DNA of 42,401 nucleotides from Reclinomonas americana ATCC 50394. Lineage: Eukaryota. Every line of letters begins with the position of its first letter. Position 1 is the first letter of the stretch. Positions 23,498-42,401 of this stretch are shown piece by piece. The stretch is taken from assembly GCA_048213135.1 (NCBI GenBank), contig PS015387.1, positions 124,468 to 166,868 on the forward strand. The letters run 5' to 3'. The notes below the pieces were generated by a model. The model worked only from the letters and a program-made list of their open reading frames with translations, was not told the DNA's origin and made no database searches. The translations under genes were made by a program, and so were the position numbers.

Positions 23498-24753
23498 TCA
23501 GCCTTCGCCAGCTTCGTTGTCGTGCAGTGGCGACCTCGGGTAGTTATAATAGTCGACGAAAGGAGACGGGGCCGGGGTGACGAGACCGAGCAGAGGGAAA
23601 TCAACTCCCGGAGACCTAGACCCCTCACATTCGGCTGCTCCGTTGGCGACAGGCGCTCGTACCTCGTCTCCGGCATCTGCAAGATCATCGGCGTTTCAAA
23701 TCGCTATCGGAATGCGTGAATAGGGAAAGCCATGCGTGGCGTGTGCGTCCTCACCGCCTTCGCGACTCTGATCTCCGACATCACCACTGTCCGTGGCCAT
23801 GGCCAACGGTGGTTCGTGCGCTGCATGCATCTGCTGCTGCTGCTGCTGCTGCTGCTGTTGGTGCTGTAGCTGTAGCTGTTGCTCTTGCTCTTGCTGGTAC
23901 TGTTGCTGCAGCTGTTGCGCATGCTGTTGCTGCTGTAGCTGCTGCTGCTGTAGCTGTTGCGCATGCTCTCGCTGCTGCTGGAGTTGGTGCTGCTGTTGCT
24001 GCTGTAGCTGTAACTGTTGCTGCTGAAGCTGTTGCTGTTGCTCTTGCTGCTGCTGTTGCTGTTGCTGGTGCCACTCGAAGTCGCCTGCTTCCACGCCAGT
24101 CGCGGTACTCGCACCGACACTCACTGGAGTCGTGATATCGATAATCAGAAACGCATTCCGGACAAATGCGGTACATGTTTGCAATCACCTGCGGCTGCAG
24201 AGCTCGCCGGCCCTTGAAACACGTCTCGCCAAGCGTCCACGCTCATGCCGAGTTGCTCCACGCGCGACTCGAAGTTGTCGTTCTCTCGTGCTCGACAGTT
24301 TGGCAGGCCGACGGACATTTTGAAGTACCGCCACGGGTCGTCTCGTGATCCAAGTCGCACGTTGTGGTGGCCGTACTTGAGCATGCATACACACTTGCCA
24401 GTTAGCACACACACACACATGCACACACCAGCACAAAAGACAGCGGCACAGCTGTGCATGCACCGCACGCGAATGTCACACACCCGGTACAGAAGCGTTC
24501 TCATCAGGAACTGGAGTTGCCGCAGGCGCGTCTTTTTCTTTTTCGGCCCCCCCACGGGTACGACACGGCGCTGGTTAGACCCAGGAGGAGCGTGTCCGTG
24601 CTGCGTCACTCTCTCAACGCCGCCGACTTCGCACATGATGAACAAATAGAGGACGATTGTCTTCATCCAATGCGTTACATCCAACTCCTGTGCCGTAAGC
24701 CTTCTTGCCAGTGCTGCGAGCTCGAGCTCGCGGTCTCTGTCATTCGACGCCAT
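23498..24753 (-). CDS. Orphan polyglutamine protein with NLS-like PKKKK (paralogue A of the same unrecognised domain)
   Basis: Exons 24753-24484, 24375-24189, 24123-23755, 23676-23498, all joined by in-frame GT-AG introns. Long imperfect CAG/CAA tract at ~23832-24068. Confidence 0.7.
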
Positions 24754-25352
24754 GTGGGCGCCTAGAGAGAGGTGGGGCAGGTTGCCTCCGCTCGCCAGGA
24801 GCGAAAGAACAGGAAATAGAAGAACACGACGGACAACACAGACCCGTCATGTTCGGTTCGGCTGATTTCGTACATTATTGGGCGCCACGCACCACACAAG
24901 TGTGCTCTTTTGATAGCACCTGAAGCGCACAGAAGAACAGCGTGTGAAGAGCACAATGTTGCTTAATGCCACACATGTGAAGGCGTGCCACCCGAGATAT
25001 TTGACGGCGGTTGATTCTGCCGTATCCGGCGAAACAGGATACGCGTTCGGTGTGTCGTGTTCTGATGCCATGTTGACGTGGCGACTCGCCTATCTGACAA
25101 CACGCACGTTTTTACCGGCTCTCAGTCGCGTTCAAGTTGCACTTGTGCCATCACAAGTTGCTTTGTTCGATTTCAGCAGCGTTCGACGTCGCGTTCGCTC
25201 ATAACGTCGCACTCGTGATTGTTGTTCCACCAGCCACTCTCTCGCTCACTGCCAGCACAAAACAACGAATGCCGCCCACCAAACACAGAACAAGAGAGCG
25301 AGAGAGAGAACAGTGTGTCCCGCGTCCCAACTTCCAACCATCACACACAGAG

Positions 25353-31965
<6,613 letters not shown>

Positions 31966-32383
31966 ATTCTCCACTTTGTGATTGTAACAACAACAAACGA
32001 AACCGATCTTTCAATTGCACACAAAGACTACATTTTTTTCAGCCAAACTAACAAGCATACGCCAAGGAACGATCACCACTCCTCGAGCACGCGCTCCACA
32101 CAAACAAACAAACAAACCAAGGGGAAAAGTGGTCACCGCCTCCACACTCAACAGACACACACACTTAGCGTTTCCTCGCTCTTCAAGAATAAGGAGAAAC
32201 GCAAATCCGCAAATGGGCGAACCCACCGCGTGTAAAGAATAAAAAGGAAAACCCCAGCAGAGTACAACAACCTCCTTCCCCCCCACAAACTCCCTCCCCC
32301 GTCAACATTCGTCCGCACAGAACACAAGTCACGAGATGCGCAAACTCCTCATCGCACACTCTCCTCCACACACATTTGTTTCC

Positions 32384-35300
32384 TTAGTTGCCGCCATTCG
32401 GCCAGCCCGGCTGGCGCGCACCATACTGCTGCTGCTGCTGTTGCGGCGGAGCAGCAAAGTACTGGCCCTGCTGGTAGAACGCAGCTGGGTTGGCCGGGTA
32501 GGCGGCGTACGCCTGGTGCGCTGCCGCGTGCGGGTGCTGGTGGTACTGTGCCGAGGCGTACGACGGCACAGCGGCGGCGGCGGAGCTGACCGAGGTCGCC
32601 GCGGGGGCGCCAGCGGCGGCATCCGAGCGCTTGCCCTGCTTGCCAGCGGCGGCCTGCGGTTGTTGTTGCTGCTGTCCCATCGCCATGTACGGGCTGCTCT
32701 GCGGCATGTAGTAGGGGTCCGCCTGTGGTGGGGAAGGGGGAAAAGGGGGAAGGGTGAGAAAAGGGAAAGGGTGATAGAAAGGGAAAGGGGGAGGAAGAGG
32801 GGAGAGAAGGGGAGCGGCGAATAAGGGGGAGTGGGAAGGGATAGGAACACAGGGAATGAAGAACTAAAAGAAAGAAGGGACAGGGACGGATGGGTGATAG
32901 AAAGGGAAGGGGGAGGACGAGGGGAAGAGAAGGGGAGCGGCGAATAAGGGGAAATGGGGAAGGGATAGGAACATAGGGCATGAAGAACTAAGAGAAAGAA
33001 GGGAAAGGGACGGGCGAGGTAGAGAAAATGAAGAAGAAGAAGAGGACAAAGGCAACGAATATACAGCACAAACACAGAGGTTCAAAGTGCAAGAATGACA
33101 CAGTCACAGACAGCGAGAACACAGAAAATCAAGCAAGTACACTCCAAAGCTTTCTCCCACTGTGTCTCACATGCCGCAACCCTCTCCTCTCCCTGCCTTT
33201 CGCATCACCAATCGTCAAGCACACGACTCTTCAAACCTATTTCACTCTCTCACAGACGCACATTATCTCTCTTCTCAAACACCCTTCTCCTTTCAAATCC
33301 CTACTCCGACATCTTATCTCCTTCTCCAACATCTTTCCCCTTCAATTCTCTTCTCCTACATCCTGCTCCTTTCTATTCTCATCCTCCATTATCCTTCCCC
33401 TGCCTAACCTCTTCTCCAACATTCTCCTCTGTCTATTCCCTTCTCCAACATCCTCCCGTTTCTCTCCCCTTCTTCAACATCCTTCCCGTTTCTATTCTCT
33501 TCTGCAACATCCTTCCTGTTTCTGTCCCCTTCTCCAACATCCCCCTCCTTCCAATCCCCTTCTCCAACATCCTTCCCGTTTCCATACCCTTCTTCATTAT
33601 CCTTCTCCTTTCCATTTTCTTCTCGAACATCATTCCCCTTCATTTCCCTTATCCATCATCCTTCCCGTTTCTATCCCCTTCTTCATCACTCTTCCCTTTT
33701 CAGTCCCTTTCTCCATCATCCTTCCCCTTTCTTTTCCCTGCCCCACTATCCTCCTCCTTTCCATCCCATTCTCCAGCATCCTTCCCGTTTCTATTCCCTT
33801 CTCCAACATCCTTCTCCCTTCTATTCCCCTTCCACCCCCTTCTTCCATTCCCTTCTCCTACTCACCGGCTGGTACGCATACTGATAGCTGGGCATATACG
33901 GGTATCCGTGGTAACCCACCGCGTAGCCCTGGCTCATCACCTGCGTCTGTGCCGCCTGGCTCGAGTCCACCGTCGCCGCGGCGGCTCCCGCGTGCGACAC
34001 GGCTGGCTGCGCCGGCTGTGCCGCCGCCATCATGGCTGCCGGGTGCTGCTGCTGGTGCGCCGCCGCCGGCTGCTGCGGGATTTGCGAGTAGCCGTAGTAG
34101 TCAAACGGTTGTTGCTGGAAGCCGTACGGCATCATCGGCAACATGCCAGTGAGGGCCGCCGCTGGCTGCTGCTGTGCGTGCAACTGCTGCTGTTGGTGCT
34201 GGGTCTGCAGCGCCGCCATTGGTTGCTGGTGCTGCAATTGCTGTTGTGCCTGTTGCTGCGCCTGTTGCTGCTGCTGTTGGGCGGCGGCAGCGGCGGCGGC
34301 AGCTTGTTGCTGTTGAGCTTGTGCCTGCTGCTGCTGTTGCTGTTGCAGGGCTGCGGCGGCCGCAGCATCAGCTGCCGCCTTCTCCTGCGCCTGCTTCAGT
34401 GACTCGGCGGCTGCCTGTGCCGCTGCAGCGGCCGCGGCCTGTTGCCGTGCGTCCTCCGCCGCTGCTGCTGCTGCTGCCGCTGCCTCGGCGGCTGCCTGGT
34501 GTTGCGCCGCAGCCGCGGCCGCCTTCTCCTCCTCGTGATGATGATCGGGCTCCGTCTGAGTCTGCATCTCAGTGGCTTGCTTGGCGGCAGCCTTCTCATC
34601 AAACGCGTGCAGGGGCTCCTCGGGACTGTACACGTTGCTGCACGGGGGAAGAAAAAGTGAGGGGGAGGGGAGGGGATTGGAAGGACGGAAAAGAAGACGC
34701 AACGCATGGCCAACACCGCCAAACTGCACATTGCTGTCATCCCATGTGTCGTCGAACGCCCATGTAACAACTGCGTGGCTCTCGTACGACTGGTGGTGGA
34801 TCGGATCTGGAATAGCAACCACTGCAGTGGGAGGGAGGTGAGCAAAACCATGCGGAGATCAAAGGGGGAGGAGGAGGAAGTGAAGCAAGACGCACATGCG
34901 GGTTCTGCGGCCCACGCTCTGGGTGCTCCCTCTCCAAACGCCGACAGGGGCTTGCCAATCGGCAATGGCTCAGGCACCGCAACAGGGGCCTCGAGAATGG
35001 GCTCGGGTGTGTACGGCTGAATGGGCTCGGGGACGTGGTGCATAATGGGTGGGGCCAACTGCGGCGGCTCAATCGACGACGGCAGCATCGCCGACGGTGC
35101 TGGCCGAGGTGCGCGACCGTGCGCTGCTGCTGGCGCCGCAGCAACAGCACTCTGTGGGCCCGCTGCTACCTGTGCAAATGACCGTCCCGAGTTGTTCCAC
35201 TTGTTCACTCGAGGTGCGGCCGGTGCGGCATCACCGGCGGCGGCAGCAGCTGCTGCTGCTGCTGGCTGTGCTGACTGTGCGCGCTCCTTTCGCGGTGCGT

Positions 35301-37038
35301 GCTTGGGAGCCTCGGCGGCCGGTGCGGCCGATGGTGCCGTGGCGGCGGCGGCGGCGGCAGCGTCGGTGACTGCTGTGACTGTGGCAGCCGATGCTGCGGC
35401 CGGCACTGTGCTGGTGGCTGAGGCGGCGGCAGGTGCGCTGCCATCGGCCGGTCGTCGGGCACCACCACCACGACCTGGACGACAAGGAAAAGTGAGCGAC
35501 GAAGGGGAAAGAGTGGGAGAAGAGTGGAGTGGGGGGAGGAAGAGACCGAATCAGAACTTGCGATATCACTCACGAAGAATCGGAAGAGGTGTCAGCAAGA
35601 AATACTCATCATAGAAATCGTCTGTCTTTCTCTCTTGTCTCACTCTCAAGCGACTCACCACCACCGCGTCCACCTCGGTCTCCACGCTCACCGCGCGGAC
35701 GATCCCGATCACCACCCCGGTCGGCCCGCTCACCGCGTCCACCACCTCGATCGCCTCGATCACCACCACCACCGCGTCGTTCGCCTCGCTCGCCATTGGC
35801 GCGGCCGTCGCCTCGGCCACCGCGGTGCTCGCCACCAGCGCCGCCGCGCTTGGGGCCNNNNNNNNNNNNNNNNNNNNNNNNNNNNNNNNNNNNNNNNNNN
35901 NNNNNNNNNNNNNNNNNNNNNNNNNNNNNNNNNNNNNNNNNNNNNNNNNNNNNNNNNNNNNNNNNNNNNNNNNNNNNNNNNNNNNNNNNNNNNNNNNNNN
36001 NNNNNNNNNNNNNNNNNNNNNNNNNNNNNNNNNNNNNNNNNNNNNNNNNNNNNNNNNNNNNNNNNNNNNNNNNNNNNNNNNNNNNNNNNNNNNNNNNNNN
36101 NNNNNNNNNNNNNNNNNNNNNNNNNNNNNNNNNNNNNNNNNNNNNNNNNNNNNNNNNNNNNNNNNNNNNNNNNNNNNNNNNNNNNNNNNNNNNNNNNNNN
36201 NNNNNNNNNNNNNNNNNNNNNNNNNNNNNNNNNNNNNNNNNNNNNNNNNNNNNNNNNNNNNNNNNNNNNNNNNNNNNNNNNNNNNNNNNNNNNNNNNNNN
36301 NNNNNNNNNNNNNNNNNNNNNNNNNNNNNNNNNNNTGCTCGCCACCAGCGCCGCCGCGCTTGGGGCCGGCGGAGACAGGGCGGGGGGCCTGCGGGGAAGA
36401 GAAGGGGGGTGAGGGAAGGAAAGGGGAAGGGGGAAATGGGGAAGGGAGAAGGGGAAGGGAGGAGGGGAAAAAGGGAAAATGGAAGGGGACGGGAGAGAGA
36501 TAGAGAGAAGGAAGCAACAGAGAGGGAAAGTGAGTGCAAAGCTTCGAGAAAAAGGGACGCGAGAACAAGAACGACGCGACCATCGACTCTCGCGTTTCGT
36601 AGAAAGCGACCACGCAAAGGCAACATTGATTACGAAGAGAGATAAGCAAAGAGGTCAACGAGGGAGAGAGAGAGAGACATAGACACACGAAGCGTTCAGG
36701 GAGATCACAGGTGACCCCGAAGAAAGAAACTACGATGCTTCGGAACAGAGTGCAGGTTGTAAGAGAGACAAAGAAAGAGGAGGAAGGGAGAAACAAAGAC
36801 TCGCCAAAGACGTGCTTCTCAAGCCACACAAAAGAATGCTCAGTCTCGCACGCGAGGACTGCACCAGGAGGGAAGAAACGCAAAAGTTGTCGACTGACAA
36901 GAAGGGAGAGAGAATACGTGTGTTGGAGAGAAAAGAAGACACCGGTAAACAAGGAACACCCGAGAATCGCATGTGAAAGGAGAGGGCTCAATCGATGCGT
37001 ACGCAACACAGCCATCTCCCACACAGGTGACTCGCAGC

Positions 37039-37077
<39 letters not shown>

Positions 37078-38197
37078 AGAGCGCTGAGAGGGTGGGAGGG
37101 ACAACGACGAGACGACGAGAAGAAGACGAGAACGCAGGGAGAGTGGGAGAAGAAGAGTACTCACGTGGTCGGGCGTCGCGAACAACGACGNNNNNNNNNN
37201 NNNNNNNNNNNNNNNNNNNNNNNNNNNNNNNNNNNNNNNNNNNNNNNNNNNNNNNNNNNNNNNNNNNNNNNNNNNNNNNNNNNNNNNNNNNNNNNNNNNN
37301 NNNNNNNNNNNNNNNNNNNNNNNNNNNNNNNNNNNNNNNNNNNNNNNNNNNNNNNNNNNNNNNNNNNNNNNNNNNNNNNNNNNNNNNNNNNNNNNNNNNN
37401 NNNNNNNNNNNNNNNNNNNNNNNNNNNNNNNNNNNNNNNNNNNNNNNNNNNNNNNNNNNNNNNNNNNNNNNNNNNNNNNNNNNNNNNNNNNNNNNNNNNN
37501 NNNNNNNNNNNNNNNNNNNNNNNNNNNNNNNNNNNNNNNNNNNNNNNNNNNNNNNNNNNNNNNNNNNNNNNNNNNNNNNNNNNNNNNNNNNNNNNNNNNN
37601 NNNNNNNNNNNNNNNNNNNNNNNNNNNNNNNNNNNNNNNNNNNNNNNNNNNNNNNNNNNNNNNNNNNNNNNNNNNNNNNNNNNNNNNNNNNNNNNNNNNN
37701 NNNNNNNNNNNNNNNNNNNNNNNNNNNNNNNNNNNNNNNNNNNNNNNNNNNNNNNNNNNNNNNNNNNNNNNNNNNNNNNNNNNNNNNNNNNNNNNNNNNN
37801 NNNNNNNNNNNNNNNNNNNNNNNNNNNNNNNNNNNNNNNNNNNNNNNNNNNNNNNNNNNNNNNNNNNNNNNNNNNNNNNNNNNNNNNNNNNNNNNNNNNN
37901 NNNNNNNNNNNNNNNNNNNNNNNNNNNNNNNNNNNNNNNNNNNNNNNNNNNNNNNNNNNNNNNNNNNNNNNNNNNNNNNNNNNNNNNNNNNNNNNNNNNN
38001 NNNNNNNNNNNNNNNNNNNNNNNNNNNNNNNNNNNNNNNNNNNNNNNNNNNNNNNNNNNNNNNNNNNNNNNNNNNNNNNNNNNNNNNNNNNNNNNNNNNN
38101 NNNNNNNAGTAGGTAAGGAAGGAAGGACGGACGTACACTACGAGTCGACGTACGACAACACACGACCACTCCACCACACGAGTACGACGTCGACGAG

Positions 38198-38234
<37 letters not shown>

Positions 38235-39409
38235 GAGAAAGAAAGACGCGTGCAAGAGTGTGATGCAACACGGAATGAACCGAGACAAAGAACGCAAGGA
38301 CACTGAGAATCGTGAGTGAAAGAAGAGTTCACAGTCGGTGCGCTCGCAACACAGGCATCTAACACAGATTTGACTCGCAGAGAGAGAGAGAGAGAGAGAG
38401 AGAGACAGTGAATGAAAGGAGACTGCGTGTGATGCAGCATCACATCAGCTGATGCGCGGAATCGCCAGAGAGGGAAACGAGTGCCCGCTCGAGAATACCC
38501 ACAGATAGAGTGGAGAGAGCATCGAGGGACAACTGCCTCACTCGGCCACTGAATGCACCTTGACTTTGGGTGCGTTGGCGGCAAACTCGTAGTAACCCGA
38601 CAGCTTCTTCTCCGCTACTGCCTCGCCATCGCCGTGCATCTCTGCAAGTGCCGACTGGATCTCCGACGGCGCCCACTCGGGGAACATTCTGTGTGTGTGT
38701 GTGAGAGAGTGAGTGATCAGCCCAACGACATGTCCTCCCACACTTGCGCGCGCTCTTTCAAAATGACAGCAGCAGCCCCAGCAGTGAGTGAGAGTGAGGA
38801 AAGAAGTCAATAGTGAGTGAGATGTGTAATGGACGGACAACAGCAGCAACAACAAAGAGGACCCAGTTGAGACACGTTGCAAACACCCCCCGACTCGCAC
38901 TGGTGCTCACACAGGAAAACACAAACACACAGAGAGACACACATCTCACACTCCCATTGCACACACGTGTGAGTGAGTGGAGAGAGATACAGAGAGGGAG
39001 ACACACAAAGTCGACACATGCTCGACATGTGATGGCGCCCCGCGACACGCGCCTGCCCCCCTTTCTTCTCACTCTATTGCACACACGCGCATGCACGTGC
39101 AGAGGGAGAGCGCACAGGCCACACACGCACACGCGCATAGAGAGGCAAGTGGTGGACAACTCTTGCTATATCGAGCAAACATAGACGCAACTCTTGCAGC
39201 CTCTTTTGTGCTGATCCTGCTGCATCAGCTGCTTGCACACACACATAGACACACAACAATGAACGCGAGGGAGAGAGGGGACGAGAGTGAGGTGATGGTC
39301 GAAAATGGCGCGCGTTTTTTTCTCTTCTCTCGTCACCTGCAGCAGGGGCGGCGGCGCCTCCGCGTAGAATGGCCTGGATGGCCGTGGCTTCCTTGACCTT
39401 GTCGCTCAT
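32384..39409 (-). CDS. Def1/UBAP2(L)/Lingerer-like protein: N-terminal CUE/UBA-like domain, RGG box, Ala/Pro-rich, Q/Y-rich prion-like tail
   Basis: Spliced QKRLQEMFPEWAPSEIQSALAEMHGDGEAVAEK (CUE-type MFPxW). RGGRGDG..RGGGRGER..RGGRGG; SFAQVAA; NVQFGG; poly-Q/A; Tyr-rich C-terminus ending GWPNGGN*. Two N gaps lie inside the gene. Confidence 0.7.
32770..33010. repeat. Intronic tandem duplication, two copies of ~120 bp
   Basis: gggtgatagaaagggaa...ggggagcggcgaataagggg...gggaagggataggaaca..atgaagaactaa occurs twice. Confidence 0.7.
33400..33850. repeat. Intronic degenerate ~32-bp minisatellite
   Basis: Repeated unit like cccttctccaacatccttcccgtttctatt. Confidence 0.7.
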
Positions 39410-40335
39410 GCGCAAGATGTGTGTGTGTATGTGTGTGTGTGTTTGATTGCTGGTGGTCTCACTCGCGTGAGTTGTTGATTGTTTTGATACTGGACAATCG
39501 CCGGAAGCGCGAGTCGTAATGTCCGCGAAGCGCAAAAAGGGTGGGAAAGCGTGGGTGCTGAAGGACGCTGCCGCTAGAAGTGTGCGGGTACGAGGGATCG
39601 CAAGAAAGAGAAGAAGCGTTGAAGGAATTGCTGTTGTTGTTGCAATTTGATAAAGATCGCAGTCTTCGAATTCGACTTGTTCAAAGCTCCGAGAGCGGAT
39701 GGACACGCCAAGAAAACCTGCCGCTGCCCTCAAGACTGGTGTTTGGGTGTTCATGTTCTGGAGACTATTGGACTTGGTCCTCAAAACAGATGTTTTGTGT
39801 TTGTTGGAGTTGTTTGCATTCGAAGTTGATTGTTTTTCGGATTCCTGTAATTGCATTTCGTCCAGCGATGCGAGAAAGCAGTGAGGCGCCAAGTAGCGCA
39901 ACCACCTAGCATATGTGCTCTGACAGTTGACCCTCATGAGCTCTTGCAGGAAAGGGTGGACATTGGCAGACACGCGAGTTCTGTCCACTGTCACTTTTGT
40001 GTGTTGTGCAAAGAGGTGAGCGTGCGTGCGGCGTCTGTCTTTCATGCTCTCTCTCTTTGTCTGTGTACCTGTGTGTCTTCGTGTACTAGCACACACGCGT
40101 GCATGAAGTGCGACATGAGCTCAATTTCGATAGTCATTGACAAATGCTCTCACTGACACACGCACGCACTCTCTCTCTGTGCATGCGCTCTGCTCCACAC
40201 AAGCACGCTCTTAGTGATAGAGAAAGACCTCCAGAGAGAAAGAAAGAGACAACAGTTCGAGTTTGCGTGTTGACATGTCCTTTCGCGCCCTCTGCTGACC
40301 TTCCATTCTTCACACACACACTCACAGAGAGAGCA

Positions 40336-41966
40336 ATGACTGATCAAGAGGAAGGTTTCGGGTTCAAGGTGCACGACACATTGCGCGCGGGTGGACCGCT
40401 GCGTGTGCGCTCGACGGTGATTCCGTCGCATCCGCTCGATGAGCTGCAGAAGCAAGTTGCGTGGCGGAAAGGGGAGGAGATGGGGGGGATAGTGGGAGGA
40501 GATTGGGAGGAAAGTGGGAGGAAAAGTGGGGTTGAATGATGTGGGGACTCTGAGAAGAGATAGAGAATGCGAGAGAAAGCTCGCTTGCTTCCACCTTCAT
40601 CCAAGCATTTGTCTGAAGGAAGAGGCATGAAGAGCAACAAGGAACAGTGGGAGGAGCTCCTTCTTTCTCCTTTCTCTCTCTCTCTCTCTCTCTCTCCCTT
40701 GCGAGCAAAGGGATGAAGAAGGACGCAGGCAGGGAGAAGACATATCGCCGAAGCAGCAAACGCAGCAAGAGTGTACTTTCTCCTCTCTCTCTCTTGCTCT
40801 CTCTCTCTCTCTCTTGGCAAAACCTGAAAAAGGACGCAAGCAGGGAGTAGGCTAATTGTCGAAAGCAGCAAAGAAACGCAGCAAGTGTGCACTTTCTCCT
40901 CTCTCTCTCTCTCGTGAGCAGGGGAAGCAATAGTAAGCAAACTGGAGAAGACAGATGATCGAAGGAAGCGTTTGTGTGGAAAGAGCTCTTTCTTTGTCTC
41001 TCTCTCTCTCTCTCGTTCTCTATGCGAAGGCTTCGCCTGAGAAACGCGGGAGGCATCGTGCTATAGGGAGAGAGAGGGGGTGAAGGACTCTCTTTCCTTC
41101 TCTCTTGATCTTTCTCTGAGTAGTGACATGCAGTTGTCGCCCTCTTCCCGTCTCTCTCTCTTTCTCATGCACAAAGACATGAAGAAACTAAGCCTACTGA
41201 GAGATAGGAGAGACAAGGAACTCAAGAAGATGTGTGAATAGTTCCTTGTTTCTCTTCTCTTGTCTTCTCTCTCTCTCGCTCTTCGCAAGCGTCTGCACCG
41301 AGAACGAAGAAAACACAGTGCTGCAGGGGATAGCAAGCAGGGGTGAAGAATGAGAGCCTCAGCGCGCAAGGAATGCAAGGACAAGGTTGAACAATCCTCA
41401 CTTGTTTTCGCGCTGTCTGTCAGCCTCTCTCTGCTGGGGTCTGAACAGAACAACGGAGGTTCTGAGATGGAGAAGTGAGGAGAAACGGTTATGCAAATAA
41501 CGGAATGCAAGGAGATCAACAATCCCTCTCTTTCTCTCCCTCCCTCTCTCTCTCTCTCAATGTGAGGAAATAGTTGGGAACAGAGAAACAGGCCATTCAC
41601 CTTTCCCTTTCCCCAATCTTCCCCCTCTCCCTTCCCTCCTCCTCACCTCTGCCTTCCCCTTGCTCCACGCAGGCCCCCCTGATCGAAAAGGAGCAGTACC
41701 GCAGCATGGCCGCGCTCCACGGCTTCGCCCTCCCCCTCCAGCGCCAAATGGAGAAGGCACTCTTCTCGCGCCCTCTGCGCGCCTTCGGCCTCACCTCGGC
41801 CTCCGGCCACGCCTGGGACGTGATGACCGGCAACGACACGATGCTCACCTTTGCCGACTACCTCGGTGGCGACCCAAGGGACAGCGAGGTGCCGACGGAG
41901 CGTGACTGGCGCGCTGCCATGGAGGACAAGATGGGCGTGTCAACACGCGATCTCAACCTCAAGTAA
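40336..41966 (+). CDS. POMP: Proteasome maturation factor UMP1/POMP
   Basis: Exons 40336-40455 and 41673-41966: HDTLRAG..PSHPL..HGFALPLQRQMEKAL..SRPLR..WDVMTGNDTMLTFADYLG..AAMEDKMG. Confidence 0.9.
40700..41010. repeat. Intronic degenerate ~110-bp tandem repeat punctuated by (CT)n
   Basis: Two clear copies plus a decayed third of aaggacgca.gcagggag...gaagcagcaaa..cgcagcaag.gtg.actttctcctctctc. Confidence 0.55.
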
Positions 41967-42100
41967 GACAGAGAGAGAGAGGGAGAAGAGAGACAAGAGA
42001 GACTCGACGTGGGGGAAGGAGGAGGAGACAGAAGCGTCAATGCAATCGACTCCTGTGCATCTTGCTTCTCTGTAGACAAGGGTGAGAGAGAGAGAGAGAG

Positions 42101-42134
<34 letters not shown>

Positions 42135-42263
42135 ACTTTGAGGAAGGCGTTCGCTTCTTCAGAAAGAAGAGTGAGGTGACGATTGGGACGTCTTCCCGAG
42201 GACGAATTGTGGAGCATCAAGGTGTGGAGCCCTCTTTCGTTCTCCCCGGTTGACACGCTACGA

Positions 42264-42317
<54 letters not shown>

Positions 42318-42401
42318 TCTCTCGTCCGTCGAGGAACGGACCGCCGTCGTCGTTCGTACTAGTCGCGCGAGGTGCGTACGGTTACGGTACGTACGTTACG
42401 T

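Noticed and set aside
23677-23754. Apparent in-frame TGA at 23696-23698 in the poly-Q gene, suggesting readthrough or recoding
   Set aside because: It falls inside a normal 78-nt phase-1 GT-AG intron, and other genes use TGA, TAA and TAG as stops.
35826-36367. 32-bp direct repeat flanking the N gap (35826-35857 and 36336-36367), resembling a target-site duplication
   Set aside because: Identical coding sequence at both contig ends; merging them gives one continuous exon (GPKRGGAGGEH). An unmerged overlap, not an insertion.
38426-38458. Overlapping short palindromes (gtgatgcagcatcac; catcagctgatg) in an intron
   Set aside because: Single short occurrence with no snoRNA boxes or repeat context.

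Overview
Gappy draft assembly from an intron-rich, microsatellite-rich, GC-rich eukaryote using the standard genetic code. A CFAP61 gene implies a flagellated protist; the taxon cannot be named from sequence alone. I can reconstruct about 13 spliced genes by hand. In order: a head-to-head pair of orphan secreted precursors, ITPK1, a TrmH/SpoU methyltransferase, CFAP61, an LCL3-like SNase nuclease, a partial NHL + FN3-like + cadherin-repeat surface protein, RRP45 (partial), two tandem orphan paralogues sharing an unrecognised domain, a second NHL-repeat protein, a Def1/UBAP2-like CUE-RGG-Q-rich protein and UMP1/POMP. Two inverted, 5'-truncated fragments of an RLE-type non-LTR retrotransposon are also present. 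The most interesting signals are: (1) a bacterial-style adhesin expanding by one-domain-per-exon phase-1 duplication; (2) an unrecognised ~90-aa domain shared by two tandem genes with a conserved intron position; (3) a recurrent register-shifted GTTGCGT splice donor; (4) long introns with a purine-rich 5' half and a complementary pyrimidine-rich 3' half. All gene models are manual, without transcript evidence.
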